Source: a virus | Taxonomy: Duplodnaviria; Caudoviricetes | Direction: 5' to 3' (one strand) | IMG/VR virus record: IMGVR_UViG_3300030333_003828 | Span: 1-52,686 of that record | DNA length: 52,686 nucleotides | Shown: positions 9,976-18,419 of the stretch, one piece after another | How positions within the stretch are numbered: position 1 is the first letter of the stretch | Layout: every line of letters starts with the position of its first letter | Position numbers and translations under genes: made by a program | Notes under the pieces: generated by a model | What the model was told of the DNA's origin: nothing | The model's input: the letters and a program-made list of their open reading frames with translations, nothing else | Databases searched by the model: none

Positions 9976-11472
9976 CTACATGGTCATCCAATCAAGGAAT
10001 TTCTTTTTCTTTTTAGTTTTTTTATTTTCTTCAGAATATTCCTTAATTCGACATGGTTTGCAGCCATCAAGCGCAGTCCATATAGCATCCATGACATCAT
10101 CATGCTTTCCTCTAGGATACGATAAGAATTCTTGTTGAGGCTTAATATCTTCTGGTCTAAAATAAAACTGATTCCTAGCAAACATCGGAACCATAGATAG
10201 TAATCTTTCTGATTTCCTAGTTCTCGGCTTAACTCCTTTTTCAATGCCAGGTATGTATAGACCCTTTTCTTTCATTAAATCTCTAACACCGACCCTCAGT
10301 GCTTCCTGATAGCCAGTAGTCTCAATCTTCATTCTACGAGGCTTGTATTTAACATAAGTATCTATTATTCTTTGTGGTTGCTCTGATGGAGATATCCTAT
10401 TTCTAAATATATCTATAACGTACTTATTGTTTTCATGGTCTACTCCTATAGTAGCTATAACAAAATAGTCAGCACGTACTGACAAAGATGACGCTGGGTC
10501 TACCCCAGTATAAACATCTACGGGTATAATCTTCTCTTCATCATCCACCTTTTTAACTAAACATCCCTGTCCATTACGTATTTCAAAATCATTATGATGT
10601 AAATGTATCCATTCTGGCTTAAAAGGAGCGTTATCAGGTGATTGAGCAATATTCATATACTCCTGGTAGAATCCATTTAAGTTACCGATACTAGCAAACT
10701 CTTCTTTTATCTGCAGTATCCTTTCATGTGGAAATCTTTCAGGCCAGAGGCTCTCTTCATCATCATCCCATATACTATACCATAATACATTCCAGGCTTT
10801 TGAGTTCTTTATCCAATATAAAAAGCAATCCTCAGATATAACAGTACCTATCATCACTACTTTACCATCGTCTGACAAAGAAGGTATTACCGCTTCAGTC
10901 ATCCATTTCTTATTCTTAGCCCTAGCTTCTGGCGTATACGCATTAAGTTCTGACTCAAAATCGTCTACAATAATAAGATTAGGACGAGTATCGCCCTCAA
11001 TAAAACCCCTAACTCTCTGTCCCGTACCCACAGCTATCATTCTAGTACCATTAGCTAGGATAATATCATTATTCGTCCACCTCTTTGCAGTTTCTGGCCC
11101 CATCTCTCCAAATAACTCTCTAAAAGTATCAGAATGAGATAGATGGTACTTTATTCTAGATAAAAAGTTTATAGACTGAGTTTGTGACTCTGATATAATA
11201 ACAATAAACAAATCCTCGCCACTTGGTTTAAACGCAGCCTTCCACAATGGATATATAAGAGACGTCGTCGTACTCTTGGCTGTGCCCCGAGGGGCCGCTA
11301 TTGCGACCCTTCGTTGCTCGTTATCTGCTAAGGATTTGTATATATCGAAGTGGAAAGGAGGTATCTCCTTTCGGAGGGCTGTTGGGAAGCAGTACCTTCC
11401 AAACAATGCCATGTTATGATATAACTTCTTTAACGCTTGCTGTTGAGCATAGCGTTCTTCGTAATCACTCAT
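9976..11472 (-). CDS. terL: Terminase large subunit
   Basis: Walker A APRGTAKST, Walker B LIIVDD, nuclease GVDPA and C-terminal HDDVMDA. Confidence 0.95.
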   Translation of the reverse strand: MSDYEERYAQQQALKKLYHNMALFGRYCFPTALRKEIPPFHFDIYKSLADNEQRRVAIAAPRGTAKSTTTSLIYPLWKAAFKPSGEDLFIVIISESQTQSINFLSRIKYHLSHSDTFRELFGEMGPETAKRWTNNDIILANGTRMIAVGTGQRVRGFIEGDTRPNLIIVDDFESELNAYTPEARAKNKKWMTEAVIPSLSDDGKVVMIGTVISEDCFLYWIKNSKAWNVLWYSIWDDDEESLWPERFPHERILQIKEEFASIGNLNGFYQEYMNIAQSPDNAPFKPEWIHLHHNDFEIRNGQGCLVKKVDDEEKIIPVDVYTGVDPASSLSVRADYFVIATIGVDHENNKYVIDIFRNRISPSEQPQRIIDTYVKYKPRRMKIETTGYQEALRVGVRDLMKEKGLYIPGIEKGVKPRTRKSERLLSMVPMFARNQFYFRPEDIKPQQEFLSYPRGKHDDVMDAIWTALDGCKPCRIKEYSEENKKTKKKKKFLDWMTM

Positions 11473-12223
11473 CTAATGGCTTAGTAGTAGTCCTAGAAGC
11501 CTCTATCTGAGACTCCTCTTTGACTATATCATCAATCATAGTAACAGATTTAGACTCTATTTTGTCTACAGTCTTCTCCATATGCTTCTCTTTCATACCA
11601 TGCATGTCCTGTAAATTCTCTACAGCACGTAGTATATTCGAAACATCCTTCTTTTCTTTGGCTATTTTAATACCTTCTTCAAGTAATTCAAGGGTGTAAC
11701 CCTCAGTTAAGCCATGTTCTTGTAGAAGTTTCTGTCTTTCTTCTCTTACCATCTTCTTAAAAACCTCCGTTTTCATTGTTCTTTTCCATTTTCGTCTCTG
11801 AGAACTAGTAACAGCTCCCAAAGCCCACTCAATGGCTAAGTCGTAATCAGGCTTCAATGCAAACATCTCAGCCAAATTCTTCATTTTGTCTTGTCCAGAC
11901 TGAACTTCTATATAACTCTTACCTGTAAAGGTTACATTAGTCTTTCGACCAGCAACCACAAGCTTCTTAGAAGCATACTTAGGATTGTAAAAGGTATAAC
12001 CCCAAGGAAAACGCATATATACACTAGTACGGCCATCTTCCGCAACATAACTCCTCTTTGTGATGACCTTTGCAACATAATCGTCATCAGAGACGGCATA
12101 ATCCCCTTCACTTGCTTCTTTCCAGTATTTATACGGGATTTTATCCTCATCTGCCTCATTTTTTCTGTATACAGTATATACGACCAGACCCTGGTCTCTA
12201 TGCTTAATCTCTATTTCATACAT
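11465..12223 (-). CDS. Putative terminase small subunit / DNA-packaging-associated protein
   Basis: Immediately upstream of and overlapping terL; helical C-terminal half. Positional inference only. Confidence 0.45.
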   Translation of the reverse strand: MYEIEIKHRDQGLVVYTVYRKNEADEDKIPYKYWKEASEGDYAVSDDDYVAKVITKRSYVAEDGRTSVYMRFPWGYTFYNPKYASKKLVVAGRKTNVTFTGKSYIEVQSGQDKMKNLAEMFALKPDYDLAIEWALGAVTSSQRRKWKRTMKTEVFKKMVREERQKLLQEHGLTEGYTLELLEEGIKIAKEKKDVSNILRAVENLQDMHGMKEKHMEKTVDKIESKSVTMIDDIVKEESQIEASRTTTKPLDE

Positions 12224-12612
12224 TATCTTAGCTCAAAATGGGGGAAATCATCGAACCTATTGTCCTTTACTTCAAAGTCCTGGTCCCAATCTCCACCCCA
12301 ACGCAGATTAATACCCATTTGATTGGCTATACCTAAGACAAAACCTGCAAAAAGTGTCTGGCGCTCTCTATCAGCCCAATCAACAGGATAAGGAGTAACA
12401 TCAACAGCCCTACTGGGACTAGCATTATGACGACCGTTTGGATATTTAACCTTGGTCTTACCTTCATCAAATAGCTTATCTTGTCTCTCAGCACTCCTGT
12501 GTCCCTCCAATATACTACAATCTACGTGTTTAATAACTTCATTAAAGACCATTTGTAGGTCTTTCTCGCAAGTAGCGAGTCTTTCTCTTGACCTTCTTCC
12601 GAATTTAGGCAT
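12223..12612 (-). CDS. Endolysin, M15 family L-Ala-D-Glu peptidase
   Basis: EGHRS..RQ..L, SRAVD, LRWGGDW and DFPHFEL motifs. Confidence 0.9.
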   Translation of the reverse strand: MPKFGRRSRERLATCEKDLQMVFNEVIKHVDCSILEGHRSAERQDKLFDEGKTKVKYPNGRHNASPSRAVDVTPYPVDWADRERQTLFAGFVLGIANQMGINLRWGGDWDQDFEVKDNRFDDFPHFELR

Positions 12613-12719
12613 TATACTCCTTTAGAATGCATTGGATTACCAATTGAAACAGTAAATACCGTAGCATACTTCTTTGGCTTCTTTTTCTTTTCTTTCTTCT
12701 TTTTCTTCTTTTTAGGCAT
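12612..12719 (-). CDS. 35-aa polylysine micro-protein
   Basis: Not in the track. MPKKKKKKKEKKKKPKKYATVFTVSIGNPMHSKGV, with a GGAGG RBS; its TAA overlaps the endolysin ATG (TAATG). Confidence 0.7.
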   Translation of the reverse strand: MPKKKKKKKEKKKKPKKYATVFTVSIGNPMHSKGV

Positions 12720-12767
12720 ATTATCCTCCGTAAAAATCATCTACTGCGCTTATCCCATACTACCCTA

Positions 12768-13166
12768 TTAAAAATCCTCATACATTGAAGGCTTCCAATC
12801 CTCACCGCTTCTTCGTATGCCAGCTCTACTTACACGAGGAGAAAGTTCACCCCTACGCAAAAGAGCTTCCATTCGCCTTACTTGATTTAAAGTGCCAGAG
12901 GTTAAACCACCAGCCATTATACCACCAAGCTCATATGTTTCTAATGCCTCTAATTCTCTAGCGCTTCGTTTTAATTCTCTTAGTCCCTTCCTCTGTTGAA
13001 AGGTACCACCCTTTTTATAAGGGGATTTTGGTACTTTAATGTTTTTGTAAGCTGATTTAATGTCTTTATTTCTAAACCCAAGCTTCTGCGCCATACTAGT
13101 ACCACGGGCTACTCCATGCCTTTTAAATAAACCCATTATAACCTTTGCTACTGCACTAACTGCCAC
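12768..13166 (-). CDS. Basic hypothetical protein, first gene of the leftward arm
   Basis: GTG start preceded by AAGGAGGT; K/R-rich. Confidence 0.7.
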   Translation of the reverse strand: MAVSAVAKVIMGLFKRHGVARGTSMAQKLGFRNKDIKSAYKNIKVPKSPYKKGGTFQQRKGLRELKRSARELEALETYELGGIMAGGLTSGTLNQVRRMEALLRRGELSPRVSRAGIRRSGEDWKPSMYEDF

Positions 13167-13721
13167 TGCGACCTCCTTTTTTACGTCATAACTTAAGCAA
13201 AGTCAGACACATTTCCTATAGCTACTTATGTAGCTACTAATGTAGCCTCTTATGTGGCTAGCGGTCTGACCTTGAAATATTGAGTGAGGTTACTACTTGA
13301 TTTCGTACATGATGTACTACTGTAGTTACTATAGTAGGGGGAATTTATTGTAAATATAATGACAAATACAAGTGTTTTTGAAAAAAAATTCAAAAAAAAT
13401 ATTTTAGAATGCGTGCACCTGATATACCATTGATACCCCGTGCTTGATTTTACGCCCATAGGGGGTCGCTTTATGTTGAAACTACTTCCAGCTCCCCCAG
13501 CTATGGCACAATAGCTCAACCTAACGCACAAACTACTGTCGTACTACTTGATAGCTCTACTTTCTTTTGTGTTTGTGCTTATATTAGGTTGACTATTGTG
13601 TTGTGTTTATTATCTTTTACTACACATACATCCATAAACACAAGCCTTGCACTCAACCACTCTGGTATCAATTTGCCTCTTCTATTCTTGATAAATCAAT
13701 AATAACATAAGGAATAATGAA
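13167..13721. promoter_or_regulatory. Divergent control region (promoters; possible origin, packaging site or genome end)
   Basis: 555 bp between the divergent arms with A/T tracts, repeated TACTAC, and weak sigma70-like boxes: TTGACT-16-TATCTT at 13589-13616 on + and TTGTAT-18-TAAATT at ~13342-13371 on -. Confidence 0.55.
13202..13270. repeat. Tandem 12-bp repeats flanked by an inverted repeat
   Basis: TAGCTACTTATG/TAGCTACTAATG/TAGCCTCTTATG/TGGCTA at 13219-13260, bracketed by GTCAGAC (13202-08) and GTCTGAC (13264-70). Confidence 0.75.
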
Positions 13722-14057
13722 ATGAAGAAAGTATTACAATTATTAAAAGATTCTGGCTTGACACAAGCCGTTTATGATTTTGTAACTTCTAATGCTTCTT
13801 ATAGGATAGGAGAATCCTCAAAGAAGAACGGCTTGAATATCTTCGGAATAAAAGCTTTTAATATGGCTGACATCAATCAGAACTATCCTGATGTTAAACA
13901 ATTAGTAGATAGCCTAAAATCCGCAGATATTAATGTTTCATATCTTAGAGATGAGAAGAATGAAACATACAAGTCAGGCATCTTGTACATTTCAGCTGGT
14001 CAAACAGATGATGATGTAGCAGATATGCTTGGGATGCAAATTGATAGCAATTCATAA
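13722..14057 (+). CDS. Early hypothetical protein
   Basis: TAAGGA RBS; first gene of the + arm; followed by a terminator. Confidence 0.75.
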   Translation: MKKVLQLLKDSGLTQAVYDFVTSNASYRIGESSKKNGLNIFGIKAFNMADINQNYPDVKQLVDSLKSADINVSYLRDEKNETYKSGILYISAGQTDDDVADMLGMQIDSNS

Positions 14058-14079
14058 GAATAGCAATCAAATAGCATTA

Positions 14080-14108
14080 AAAGGGAACTTATGTTCCCTT
14101 TATTTTTT
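14080..14108 (+). terminator. Rho-independent terminator
   Basis: AAAGGGAAC-TTAT-GTTCCCTTT followed by ATTTTTT. Confidence 0.8.
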
Positions 14109-14165
14109 AATGTTTAATTAGTGGTGGTTATGTAACAGTAGCCACCACATAACTATGAGGTAATT

Positions 14166-14498
14166 ATGAATAGATTAGATGTTATTGTAAGTAGTATAGG
14201 AATATTTTTATTATCTATACTAACTCTTAATCATTGGTATCGTGGCTTATATTATGAGCCTTTGGCTCTCTTGTTGTTAATTGTTATAAGCCCGACTATA
14301 TATCATTTAATGCGACTATTTTCTTCGGCTTTTCTCAATAATAAAAAGTCAGAAACGCAAACTCTACCAACTTCATTTGATGAGTATAAAGAAGAATGGA
14401 CAGAATATGTTCATCACGATTTTTGTAATACTTGTGGTTATGCTATGCAAGGTTGCGTATGCAAAGCCGTAGTAAATGAACCGACTGATAGTCAATGA
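14166..14498 (+). CDS. Early membrane protein with Cys-rich C-terminus
   Basis: GAGG RBS, two hydrophobic segments, CNTC...CVC. Confidence 0.7.
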   Translation: MNRLDVIVSSIGIFLLSILTLNHWYRGLYYEPLALLLLIVISPTIYHLMRLFSSAFLNNKKSETQTLPTSFDEYKEEWTEYVHHDFCNTCGYAMQGCVCKAVVNEPTDSQ

Positions 14499-14635
14499 AA
14501 GGAGAAAAGGATGAAAGCGTAATGTATGGTAAATGTTTCTATTGTGAAGAATATGGCGAGGGAATACTAATTATTCATTTAACATCGGAAGATGATGGAT
14601 ACGAAGTATTCTCTTGTCATAAATGTAATGATTAA
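14495..14635 (+). CDS. Small zinc-finger protein (start at 14495 or 14522)
   Basis: Not in the track. ...MYGKCFYCEEYG...FSCHKCND (CxxC...CxxC); ATGA overlap with the upstream stop. Confidence 0.65.
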   Translation: MKGEKDESVMYGKCFYCEEYGEGILIIHLTSEDDGYEVFSCHKCND

Positions 14636-14656
14636 ACAATGAAAGTGAGGTATATA

Positions 14657-14800
14657 GTGAAGTATAAAGTAATAAATCTATTAAATGGTGCGGTAACTGT
14701 AATCATAGCAAAAAATCTTTACCAAGCATCCAGAAGAGGTAAACGATATTTTAGTGAGCCTAACAGGGATAAAATACCTGTTCAAATAGTGAGTAATTAA
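14657..14800 (+). CDS. Small hypothetical protein (47 aa)
   Basis: Not in the track. GTG start with GAGG RBS: MKYKVINLLNGAVTVIIAKNLYQASRRGKRYF... Confidence 0.55.
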   Translation: MKYKVINLLNGAVTVIIAKNLYQASRRGKRYFSEPNRDKIPVQIVSN

Positions 14801-14801
14801 G

Positions 14802-14930
14802 ATGGATACATTATACGAAGTCTTATTTGCTCTTGATAGTATTATAACCATTATTTTGAAGATAATAGCAATTATAGCTTTAAATATATGGATTATTTAC
14901 TATAAAACTAGGTCTAAGACAGATGTTTAG
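14802..14930 (+). CDS. Small single-pass membrane protein (42 aa)
   Basis: Not in the track. MDTLYEVLFALDSIITIILKIIAIIALNIWIIYYKTRSKTDV; starts 1 nt after the upstream stop. Confidence 0.5.
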   Translation: MDTLYEVLFALDSIITIILKIIAIIALNIWIIYYKTRSKTDV

Positions 14931-14940
14931 GTCTAGGAAG

Positions 14941-15345
14941 TATTGCCCATATAAAACAAGATACGAATTGTTGGAATGGGCTAATAAGAGGTATCCTGAA
15001 ACCTCATTTAGTAAATGGTCAAAGAAAAGACTATTTGCACTTTACTATAATAGTTAATTCAGGTAGGCTACATAAAGCCATATATCCGCGGGCAAGTGTT
15101 ATTCCTCTATCATCCATTCGTATCTTGATAATGCATTTGTCCGCACAATTTTAAATGAGAGAGTTACGGCTAAAACCACCATTCGTTAAGAGGTTAATAA
15201 CAGTAATCTGATTAATCACCCTCAAGCGTGGTCTCTCTCATAGTTTTAAACTATGTACCTCATAGAATGTGGTAGATATTGACAGGCGAGTTTAGACAGC
15301 TTCCGCTAAAGGTTAAGCCAACTAACGAGGGTCAAGCTACCACAT
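14941..15345 (+). ncRNA. Candidate large structured RNA (unknown family)
   Basis: Continuous run of stems with G-U pairs that favour the + strand, plus two long-range pairings from hairpin loops (14957-68/15116-27; 14995-15000/15058-63). No long ORF. Confidence 0.6.
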
Positions 15346-15401
15346 AAATTTAAATGTTAACAGATAACAAGATAACGATAAAAAAAGGAGGGTTTGGTCA
15401 T

Positions 15402-15665
15402 ATGGCAAACTCAACAAGTAGTAAAAAGATAATGTATAATGATAATGGTGCTTGGGAAGAAAAGATAACTGAAGCAAAGACGGTAGGCGAGCTTAAAGTT
15501 GAGCTAAATATTCCTGATAATACTATTATTCAAATTACATCAGGAGTTGGAGATGATGCAACTGATGTAGCTTTAAGTAATAATACTGATTTATTACCAG
15601 ATGGTGGGGATAATCCAATGTATGTTGCTTGGCAAACAAATAATAAGACAGGCGGTAAAAAGTAA
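15402..15665 (+). CDS. Ubiquitin-like (beta-grasp) protein precursor ending GG-KK
   Basis: Start revised to 15402 (AAGGAGG RBS); 87 aa; AKTVGELKVELNI helix typical of Ub/ThiS folds; C-terminus NKTGG|KK; JAB and E1 genes lie downstream. Confidence 0.75.
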   Translation: MANSTSSKKIMYNDNGAWEEKITEAKTVGELKVELNIPDNTIIQITSGVGDDATDVALSNNTDLLPDGGDNPMYVAWQTNNKTGGKK

Positions 15666-15675
15666 AGTAAAATAA

Positions 15676-15821
15676 TTTAATGGGGGCAATAACTGGTCCT
15701 CAGTACGGTGATAGACTTTGAAGTCTGGACTACGATACTGGAAAATAAGCCCTATGTGAAGACAGGTGGTCTACACCGTAGACAGCAACATAGGCAAAGG
15801 AATATGTGAGTCCCCATTAAA
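15676..15821 (+). ncRNA. Candidate multi-stem structured RNA between the Ubl and E2-like genes
   Basis: 12-bp closing stem TTTAATGGGGGC/GTCCCCATTAAA enclosing the hairpins CAGTA..AGACT/AGTCT..TACTG and CCTATGT..GTCTAC/GTAGAC..ACATAGG. Confidence 0.6.
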
Positions 15822-15839
15822 ATGTAAAGGAAAAATAAG

Positions 15840-17465
15840 ATGAATTTAGAACTCGACTTAAAAGTAAAAGAAAATCCTTATTTGCAGTTTAGTAAGCCAC
15901 CATTTGAGAATAATACTATATACAATATGTATGATTATGAAATTGATAGTATGAATAACTTTTCATTACAGTCTATAGAAGATTTATTAGAAGAAATAGA
16001 TTTCAATGAATTTGTTAAGTATACTACGATGAAAGAAGTTATTGAGTTTAACAGTCAATTAGAACATATCAAAGACCATTACTCTTCATATTTCAATGAT
16101 TATGAATTAGAAGTTACTAAGGCATATAATTGGAAGCGAGGACTGTATGACGCTTTAAAACATTGGTATACTTTAAATGCTGACTTTCATAAAAGAAATA
16201 GTGGCGTAAGTACTTTCTTTAGAAGAATAGAATATAATAAATGGTCTTATAACAGGTTTAAAGATGCATTTATTAAACTAGACCTTCAAAGAATAAAAGC
16301 TAAGAAGTCTGTTGGACAAGTAGTAGATAATTTAGAAGAATTAATTGAGCGAAATCAGGAACAAATCGTTAAGATTAATGAAGAAACTGAAAAAGCTAAT
16401 AACTTCTCTCCATTATATACTATTAGTAATCACATAAAATGCAGAAGAGTCAACAATGAATCAGATTATACTAGGATGAGGTTAGTTACAGTAGTTATTG
16501 CTAAAGCAAAAACAATGTCTGTAATTGATAATAACAATAATGTATTGTACAAACTCCCTGTTCCTAAGTCATATTTATATTTTGACAGACCCTTTTATAA
16601 GGCGTTGAATTATAACTATAGAAATAGGTCTGATATTAGAACTTTTGCATCTTCTCCAGGTGGAAAACATCCATACATACAAATATATGGTAGATATCCT
16701 TATTACCAGCGAGGTATTACATCAAGAAGGAATGAATCTAGATTGCATGATATGAGTACTGGTACATGGAGCACATTGTGTTTATCAAACTTTGCTGATG
16801 ATATTTTAAATGCATTAAATAAAAATGATTATTTATCATTTGTTCATTCAATATCATCATGGAATGGTATATACAATAAAGATTACACTACTCCATACAA
16901 TTCACCAATGACATCTTTTTATATTACAGGTATTCCTAATAATGATGATGCTGAAAGCATCAGAAGATTATCTGGCTTTAAAACAAGAGATTGTTTTATA
17001 GATAATTTAAAAAGAAGACAAATCGTAGAGTCTGATAATCATATAAGAGAAATATATAACACTCGTGTAGAATTAAATATGTTCTTATATGGTAATGATG
17101 TTGCTCAAGAATGTGATGCTAAAAAGTGTCCATTTAGAGAGAGTTGTACTGGATATAAATCATTAACAGAAATAGATGATGATTACTATTTTAGAATAGA
17201 ATCTTTAGTTGGAGCTATGGAAGAAAGTAATTTAGCTACAACTAATATAGAGTCAAGCTCACATATTACTAGATTAACTAGAGTATACTATGATACAGTA
17301 TCTACTTTAATGAGATGGGAGCATGATGTTGATGATTTAATAGTTCAATATCTAGAAAACATAGAATACTGGGGTAAACCTAAACCATTAACTGCAGAAG
17401 AAAGAGCTAATTTATGGATGGCGAGCAATTCTGAACATCCTAGCTCTCAACCTGCTAACCAATAA
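15840..17465 (+). CDS. Putative prokaryotic E2-like conjugating enzyme (multi-domain)
   Basis: HPY (H277) ... STLCLSN (C314) followed by amphipathic helices and PYN, resembling the prokaryotic E2 HP..CLG pattern; lies between the Ubl and JAB genes. Confidence 0.5.
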   Translation: MNLELDLKVKENPYLQFSKPPFENNTIYNMYDYEIDSMNNFSLQSIEDLLEEIDFNEFVKYTTMKEVIEFNSQLEHIKDHYSSYFNDYELEVTKAYNWKRGLYDALKHWYTLNADFHKRNSGVSTFFRRIEYNKWSYNRFKDAFIKLDLQRIKAKKSVGQVVDNLEELIERNQEQIVKINEETEKANNFSPLYTISNHIKCRRVNNESDYTRMRLVTVVIAKAKTMSVIDNNNNVLYKLPVPKSYLYFDRPFYKALNYNYRNRSDIRTFASSPGGKHPYIQIYGRYPYYQRGITSRRNESRLHDMSTGTWSTLCLSNFADDILNALNKNDYLSFVHSISSWNGIYNKDYTTPYNSPMTSFYITGIPNNDDAESIRRLSGFKTRDCFIDNLKRRQIVESDNHIREIYNTRVELNMFLYGNDVAQECDAKKCPFRESCTGYKSLTEIDDDYYFRIESLVGAMEESNLATTNIESSSHITRLTRVYYDTVSTLMRWEHDVDDLIVQYLENIEYWGKPKPLTAEERANLWMASNSEHPSSQPANQ

Positions 17466-17474
17466 GGAGTAAAT

Positions 17475-18419
17475 ATGGAATTTATTATTAGTCAGAAAGC
17501 ATGGGATACCATGCAACAGTACGCTGGGATAGCTCATTCAAAAGATGGTAATGAGATATCTGGCATGTTAATAGTAAAGAAAGCAAAGCATCCAGTCACA
17601 AATGACGATGTATTTGAATTATGCGAACCTTCAATACTAAAACAAGAAAATACAGGTACTAGTACGGAATTAGATGCTGATGCTCTACGTAAATATTATA
17701 TAGAGACAGTAAAAAAGCATGGTTCTGATATTAGATATTGTTGGTGGCATTCACATCATACAATGGATGCGTTCTGGAGTACAACAGATGAAAAAGAAAT
17801 TAAAGCATGGAAGAATAAGTCATGGTCTTCTGCTTTAGTTATTAATTTAAGAGGCGAATACCTCTTAAGAATATCTGTTTGGAATCCAATTGAATCACAT
17901 GAAGATGTTCCATTAGAAATAATAAGAGATATTGCTGAGCCAAGCAAGAAAATGCTTAAAGAATATGAAGAATTATGCTCTAAGAAAACTTATGTATCTC
18001 CTGTTGTTACTAATGGATATGGACGTACTAGGAACTGGCAACAAAAAACTTTGTTTACTGCACAAGTCAATCCACTAGAAGATACAACAAAGCTTGAATG
18101 GAACGCATCTGATAGTCCAGAGATGTATTCTGAATTATTAGATGCTGTAGATTCAGAGCTGGAAAGATTGCATTCGTCTTTAATTAAGGGTGAAAAGAAG
18201 TTTAATGAATATAAAAATGAAGTAAAAGCTTTGAATGCACACTTAAAGAAAAGAAATGCTAAGTTTTCTATTAAATCCATAACAAAAAGTAAGATAGATG
18301 ATATTATGTTTAATGTATCAAGAGATTATATTCAATTTGATGATGCGCAGACAGAAGCATTATATGACCAAGTTGATGGATTAGTAAACTATGGAGGATA
18401 TAACTATGGCTGGCATTAA
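17475..18419 (+). CDS. JAB/MPN+ (JAMM) metalloprotease
   Basis: N-terminal E (NEISG) and an exact HxH-x7-S-x2-D motif, WWHSHHTMDAFWSTTD. Confidence 0.9.
   Translation: MEFIISQKAWDTMQQYAGIAHSKDGNEISGMLIVKKAKHPVTNDDVFELCEPSILKQENTGTSTELDADALRKYYIETVKKHGSDIRYCWWHSHHTMDAFWSTTDEKEIKAWKNKSWSSALVINLRGEYLLRISVWNPIESHEDVPLEIIRDIAEPSKKMLKEYEELCSKKTYVSPVVTNGYGRTRNWQQKTLFTAQVNPLEDTTKLEWNASDSPEMYSELLDAVDSELERLHSSLIKGEKKFNEYKNEVKALNAHLKKRNAKFSIKSITKSKIDDIMFNVSRDYIQFDDAQTEALYDQVDGLVNYGGYNYGWH

Noticed and set aside
13219-13260. Possible mini-CRISPR array
   Set aside because: The 12-bp units are directly adjacent with no spacers, and there are no cas genes.
13250-13531. 93-aa minus-strand ORF in the control region
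   Set aside because: It runs through A/T tracts and repeats, has no RBS, and has implausible composition.
15681-15816. tRNA/tmRNA-like ends (GGGGGC...TCCCCA)
   Set aside because: No T-loop (GTTCRA), the CCA is buried in the stem, and it is too short for tmRNA.
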